Shown piece after piece: positions 7,927-11,769 of a stretch of DNA of 11,769 nucleotides. Position 1 is the first letter of the stretch. Every line of letters starts with the position of its first letter. Under the pieces are notes generated by a model that had not been told where the DNA came from, made no database searches, and saw only the letters and a list, made by a program, of their open reading frames with translations. This stretch comes from a bacterium (lineage in GTDB: Bacteria > Zhuqueibacterota > Zhuqueibacteria > Oceanimicrobiales > Oceanimicrobiaceae): contig JBHHXN010000161.1 of assembly GCA_046757025.1 (NCBI GenBank), forward strand, positions 1 through 11,769, in the 5' to 3' direction. The position numbers were made by a program, and so were the translations under genes.

Positions 7927-8730
7927 ATGAAACTCTTATTTTCTGAATACAAATCGGATTATTCCAATTACATATTCCCTTACGCCATCTGGGCCATCCC
8001 GGAGGCCGGTGAAACGCCCTCCATGATTTTCGCCCGCGGTTTCCTGCCGGCTTCCCGGGAATTCAAGCGCTATTATATGTGCCGCCACCTGCGCGTGGAT
8101 TTGTCCCAATTCACCTGCTCATCGGAAAACCGCCGCATCCTGCGCAAATGCGAAGATATCTCTTATCGGCTGCTGCCCCGTGCTGAGTTCGAGTACACAC
8201 CACAGTGGCGTAAGTTTTGCAAAAATTACGCAGATATCAAATTCGGCAAAGACGTCATGACCTACGAGCGACTGGACTCGTTATTCAATTCGAAAATCAT
8301 CTCGCATCTCTTAGTTTATACGGATTCTGAAAACGGTCAGGATGTCGGCATTACCACTCTCTACATCGAGGGGACGAAGCTGGTCTATTATTATTACGCT
8401 TTTTATGATTTGAATTACTACGCCCGCAATCTGGGCATGTACATGATGACCTCGGCCGTGGATTATTTTGCGCAGTTAAACCAGCAATTTATTTATCTTG
8501 GCACATGCTATTCACGCAACGCGCTTTACAAAACGCAATTTTCGGGCGCACAATTTTTTAACGGATTCAGATGGTCTGATGATCTCAAAGAGCTGAAATA
8601 CTTGATAGAGCGCGATCACGCCACGGTGAAAAAACATTTGATCGAATCGGAAGAGTATCGTGAGAAATTTTACGACGGGGAATTGCGTGCCATAGTTGCA
8701 GCCAGCGATTTTGTCATTTTGATAGAATAA
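7927..8730 (+). CDS. ATE1/Bpt-like aminoacyl-tRNA-dependent transferase (GNAT-like fold)
   Basis: N-half RGF...YYMCRHLRVDLSQF..S.ENRRILRK.EDI resembles ATE_N. C-half YYYYAFYDLNY..RNLGMYMM...FIYLGTCY...ALYKTQF resembles the ATE_C pattern (Y.F(F/Y)DP....SLG....YLYLGY....YK..F). Confidence 0.75.
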   Translation: MKLLFSEYKSDYSNYIFPYAIWAIPEAGETPSMIFARGFLPASREFKRYYMCRHLRVDLSQFTCSSENRRILRKCEDISYRLLPRAEFEYTPQWRKFCKNYADIKFGKDVMTYERLDSLFNSKIISHLLVYTDSENGQDVGITTLYIEGTKLVYYYYAFYDLNYYARNLGMYMMTSAVDYFAQLNQQFIYLGTCYSRNALYKTQFSGAQFFNGFRWSDDLKELKYLIERDHATVKKHLIESEEYREKFYDGELRAIVAASDFVILIE

Positions 8731-8827
8731 AAATTACCGTTTTTTAAATCGATCCCTTCTGCGCCAATTTCTGTTCTTACGCTGTTTTATGATTATTAAC
8801 TCACACCTCGCTGATTGTTGGCCGGCA

Positions 8828-9142
8828 TCACTCAGGCATTTTTCTGGTATATACCGCTTTGAAACGGCTGAACAGCGCTTTGCAGCCGCTACATTCATCT
8901 TTTAACTGTTCGGCGTCCACGGGTTCCAGTCGAACTTCGTAACCGAGCTCGCGGTAACTGTCCACGGCATCCCGGGCCATGCGATTGTCCGCGATGAATC
9001 GGCGCTCCCATCCCTCATTGATGAGCCGCGCATCCGCCGGAATGGTGCAGCCCAGCAAAGTGCCGTTTTGGTTACCGCAGTTTTCACCGCTTCCTGCGGA
9101 AGGACGATTCGGCTTTTTCTCATTCATTTCGTTTTGTACCAT
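8828..9142 (-). CDS. Small hypothetical protein with CxxC motif
   Basis: Open frame co-oriented with the upstream - strand genes. Protein-like core EGWERRFIAD...YRELGYEVRLEP...ECSGCK...AVYTRK. Start uncertain (TTG 9148, ATG 9142 or ATG 9127). Confidence 0.7.
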   Translation of the reverse strand: MVQNEMNEKKPNRPSAGSGENCGNQNGTLLGCTIPADARLINEGWERRFIADNRMARDAVDSYRELGYEVRLEPVDAEQLKDECSGCKALFSRFKAVYTRKMPE

Positions 9143-9162
9143 AGACAATGATAGAAATTAGA

Positions 9163-9204
9163 TGACGGTTTTGATCGAGTGAGTTTTTTATTTTGAAACC
9201 GTCA
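9163..9204. repeat. 9-bp perfect inverted repeat between hemerythrin and CxxC genes
   Basis: TGACGGTTT (9163-9171) and AAACCGTCA (9196-9204), separated by 24 nt; no clear U-tract on the - strand. Confidence 0.5.
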
Positions 9205-9243
9205 ATCAACCCGGGCAAATCCGCCGTGGTCTTCATCAGAAGC

Positions 9244-9843
9244 TCACATCAATTCCGTGGTCAGGGTTTGGATGTCCGCCTGATCCACAAACGCGATGTC
9301 GTACTGCTCACACAACTGCCGGGCGATCTGGATGTATTCCGCATGACGATTCCCGCCGGCAGCCGATTCGATCTCTTTGAAATCAGATATCAGGTTATCT
9401 GCTTTGCTTGCATCTAAAATCTGTCCAGCCATTGGGAACAGCACTTGATCTTCTTTGGCAATGTGGTCGGTAAGCAAAGCGACAAAATTCCTGGCATTTT
9501 CAGCAAAATTCTGTAAGGCGGTTTCATCGCCCTGTGCTGCATTCTCCACTGCCTGTGCCATTCCCCTGACACAGCTTCTGCCGTGATCGTGTTCCATGAG
9601 CATGACCCCGATGGGCCCGCCTTCTCTGGGAATGCCATTTTCCTGCATGACCACAAATAACCGATCTTCTTCTTTCGCATGGTGACAGCCGTCGGCAAAA
9701 TTTCGGAAAAAGCTAATAGCTGCATTGGCAGCATCGGCATTCAGTTTGCCAGTTGAATCAGCTTCTGCGACGATTTTTTCAGTGCAAGCTAACACTTTCA
9801 AAATAATTCGATGTTCTTCCGTGAGGATGTCTGTTGCTTTCAT
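9244..9843 (-). CDS. Hemerythrin/HHE cation-binding domain protein
   Basis: LTEEHRII, FADGCHHAKEEDRLF, GPIGVMLMEHDHGR and LTDHIAKEDQVLFPMA give the H...HxxxE...H...HxxxE di-iron pattern. Start moved to ATG 9843 (MKATDIL), preceded by an AAAGGAAA SD. Confidence 0.92.
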   Translation of the reverse strand: MKATDILTEEHRIILKVLACTEKIVAEADSTGKLNADAANAAISFFRNFADGCHHAKEEDRLFVVMQENGIPREGGPIGVMLMEHDHGRSCVRGMAQAVENAAQGDETALQNFAENARNFVALLTDHIAKEDQVLFPMAGQILDASKADNLISDFKEIESAAGGNRHAEYIQIARQLCEQYDIAFVDQADIQTLTTELM

Positions 9844-9983
9844 GTGTTTTCCTTTCAAAAGATAATATATGTGAATCTGAATTTGACTGATTTTTGTTTT
9901 GGATTAATTCCATTTGCCACAAGTGTGGAAAAAATGTAGACATTTGGCCCTGGCTTAAATGTCGAAATCGGATGTAGTTGAAA

Positions 9984-10829
9984 TCAACCAACTGCTGCCA
10001 TGCTGCCTGAAAATTTTTTGGCCGCGGTTTTTTCTTCCTGCAGTTTTCGCAGGCGGATGTGCCCAAGAATGGCGCACCCCAGAGCGGCGGTGAATTGCGG
10101 CATGTCGCCTTCCGGAACGTTCACATCGGTTTGCAAGCGCTCACGAATGACGTCCGCCATTCTCTGCCAGCGCAAAATACCACCGATGAGGGTATATTGC
10201 GGTTCCGAGCGGATGCGCTTCATCAATTGCACCGAACGGTCGGTGAGTGAAAGAATGGCGCCGAACATGATATCTTCCGGCGGCACGCCCTCGGATAGAT
10301 GGCTGATCACTTCTGATTCTGCAAAGACCGCACACACACCGGAGATCGGCACTTTCTCCTTGGACAATTTCAACAAGGCACCGATGTCGTCTGTGTTGTA
10401 GCCCATATATCTTGAAGTTTTCTCGAGGAAAGCTCCAGTGCCAGCAGCGCATTTGTCGTTGAGACGAAAAGTCACGACTTTTACCTGCTCGTCGATACGG
10501 CTGGCTTTCATGGTCTGGCCGCCGATATCGAGTACGGTGCGGGTGCCGGGGTACAGAAAATTCGCGCCGCGGGCGCTGGCGGTCAAGTCGGTGACCTGCA
10601 AGTCCCGGAACGGAATCAGGTGCCGGCCGTAACCGGTGGTGATAACGTAAGAGATGTCCTGCAGGGTGAGCCCGGCCTCCACCGCGGTATTTTGAGAAAC
10701 GCGTTCGGCTACCTCCTGGAGTTTCGAACCGGTGGCTTCCATTTTACGCGCTATGATTTGGTGCTGGTCGTTTAAAATGACGGCTTTGGAATACGTGGAT
10801 CCGACATCGAGTCCTAATGTGTAAGTCAT
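9984..10829 (-). CDS. BcrA/BcrD/BadF/BadG/HgdC-family CoA-substrate activase (ASKHA ATPase, [4Fe-4S]), divergent copy
   Basis: [43 protein letters not shown] and AALGCA. Start is 2 nt after the upstream stop, with SD AAGGAGGTG inside the upstream gene's 3' end (translational coupling). Confidence 0.92.
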   Translation of the reverse strand: MTYTLGLDVGSTYSKAVILNDQHQIIARKMEATGSKLQEVAERVSQNTAVEAGLTLQDISYVITTGYGRHLIPFRDLQVTDLTASARGANFLYPGTRTVLDIGGQTMKASRIDEQVKVVTFRLNDKCAAGTGAFLEKTSRYMGYNTDDIGALLKLSKEKVPISGVCAVFAESEVISHLSEGVPPEDIMFGAILSLTDRSVQLMKRIRSEPQYTLIGGILRWQRMADVIRERLQTDVNVPEGDMPQFTAALGCAILGHIRLRKLQEEKTAAKKFSGSMAAVG

Positions 10830-10831
10830 GA

Positions 10832-11644
10832 TTATTTCACCTCCTTTGCAACCGGTTTTCTACTGGCTTTGATATGATCGAGGGCAAACAGCGCCGCCCC
10901 CAGAGCTCCCATAAAATGCGATTCTTCGTTGACGTTGAGTTTTCGGTGCAGCCCTTCTTCCATCGCTTTCACCATGCCGACATTTTTTGCTACCCCGCCG
11001 GTAAAGGTGACGGCGTCTTCGATGCCTACCCGTCGCAAAAGACCTACGGAACGGGCGGCAATCGACAGGTGCACTCCCCAGAGAATGTCTTCCAATTTCT
11101 TGCCTTTTCCCAGCCAGGACAACACTTCGGATTCAGCAAAAACCGTGCAGGTGGTGCTGATCCTCACCGGCTTTTCCGCTTTTAAAGCTGTGGCGCCTAA
11201 GTCGTCCAGAGAAATGTCCAGCGCCACAGCGGCGGCCCCTAAAAAACGGCCGGTACCGGCAGCGCATTTATCGTTCATGCAAAAATCGATAATTTCTCCC
11301 TGCGGGCTGACGCGAATGGCTTTGCTGTCCTGTCCTCCCATATCGATGACCGTACGCGTTTCGGGGAACATGTGCACCGCACCGCGGCCGTGACAGCTTA
11401 TCTCCGTGACTTGCTTGTTGCCGAAAGTGACTTTGTAGCGGCCGTAACCGGTGCCGATGATATAATCCACTTCTTCGTCACCCAGACCCGCCGTGTCCAG
11501 ACATTTTTGATACGCTTTCTGTGCTGCGGCACTAACGTTGGCGCCGGTATCTATGAGCGCTCGCCCGACAATCTGTTTGTCTTCATCGAGGACAATGGCT
11601 TTCGTTTGTGTCGATCCGACATCGACTCCTGCAGCATAAGACAT
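10832..11644 (-). CDS. BcrA/BcrD/BadF/BadG/HgdC-family CoA-substrate activase (ASKHA ATPase, [4Fe-4S]), canonical copy
   Basis: [63 protein letters not shown] and GALGAAL. SD AAGGAG upstream. Confidence 0.95.
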   Translation of the reverse strand: MSYAAGVDVGSTQTKAIVLDEDKQIVGRALIDTGANVSAAAQKAYQKCLDTAGLGDEEVDYIIGTGYGRYKVTFGNKQVTEISCHGRGAVHMFPETRTVIDMGGQDSKAIRVSPQGEIIDFCMNDKCAAGTGRFLGAAAVALDISLDDLGATALKAEKPVRISTTCTVFAESEVLSWLGKGKKLEDILWGVHLSIAARSVGLLRRVGIEDAVTFTGGVAKNVGMVKAMEEGLHRKLNVNEESHFMGALGAALFALDHIKASRKPVAKEVK

Positions 11645-11679
11645 CTCTTGACTCCTTTGTTATTGTTATTGTTTTAGAC

Positions 11680-11717
11680 TTCTGCAATTTCAGGTGTTCA
11701 ACTTTTAGAGCCTATGT
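11680..11717 (-). repeat. Copy 2 of the 38-bp dispersed imperfect inverted repeat (partner at 1065-1102)
   Basis: Reverse complement is 30/38 identical to 1065-1102; lies 35 nt upstream of the activase ATG. Confidence 0.8.
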
Positions 11718-11723
11718 GAAAAT

Positions 11724-11746
11724 GTAACGCAAGCATCTTGCTTGCG
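11724..11746. repeat. REP-like palindrome, possibly inside a MITE starting near 11706 and running off the window
   Basis: GTAA followed by a perfect 8-bp hairpin CGCAAGCA-TCT-TGCTTGCG (11728-11746). Tetranucleotide plus hairpin resembles GTAG-type REP architecture. Confidence 0.55.
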
Positions 11747-11769
11747 AGAATGGATTGCAAAGAAAACAA

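Noticed and set aside
8731..8827. Bidirectional terminator between the converging gene blocks
   Set aside because: No GC-rich hairpin with a U-tract found on either strand.
8801..8830. TGA-TGC (possible Sec-Cys) at the end of the small CxxC protein
   Set aside because: No downstream stem-loop resembling a SECIS, and only a short featureless extension.
9202..9246. Selenocysteine read-through of the hemerythrin TGA (would add ASDEDHGGFARVD), with a small GC hairpin downstream
   Set aside because: The domain is already complete, the position is not a conserved Cys site, and the hairpin is not a convincing SECIS.
11657..11673. (TTGTTA)-type short tandem repeat upstream of the activase SD
   Set aside because: Under three full units; reads as an ordinary A-rich leader (AACAAT repeats) on the coding strand and is too short to support phase variation.
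1..11769. CRISPR array, tRNA/rRNA, integrase or transposase genes
   Set aside because: No regularly spaced direct repeats, no tRNA/rRNA-like segments, and no ORF with recombinase or transposase motifs.

Overview
Gene-dense bacterial window, probably from an FCB-group-related diderm (inferred only from the CarboxypepD_reg-TonB receptor and lipoprotein architecture). The + strand carries msrA, a signal-peptide-bearing creatininase-family hydrolase, and a closely spaced five-gene run behind a near-consensus sigma70 promoter: a two-repeat lipoprotein, a TonB-dependent receptor, a PurD-fold ATP-grasp ligase with remodelled substrate motifs, an alanine-racemase-family enzyme with atypical active-site residues, and an ATE1/Bpt-like aminoacyl-tRNA transferase. 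The converging - strand carries two tandem BcrA/BcrD/HgdC-type [4Fe-4S] ATPase activators (one canonical, one divergent), a hemerythrin/HHE protein and a small CxxC protein. The best candidate for an undescribed system is the ligase + racemase + aa-tRNA transferase trio, a possible NRPS-independent pathway making or attaching a D-amino-acid-containing peptide. A 38-bp imperfect inverted repeat (1065-1102 vs 11680-11717, 30/38 identical) overlaps MITE/REP-like elements near both ends of the window. All assignments come from motif recognition by eye; no searches were run.
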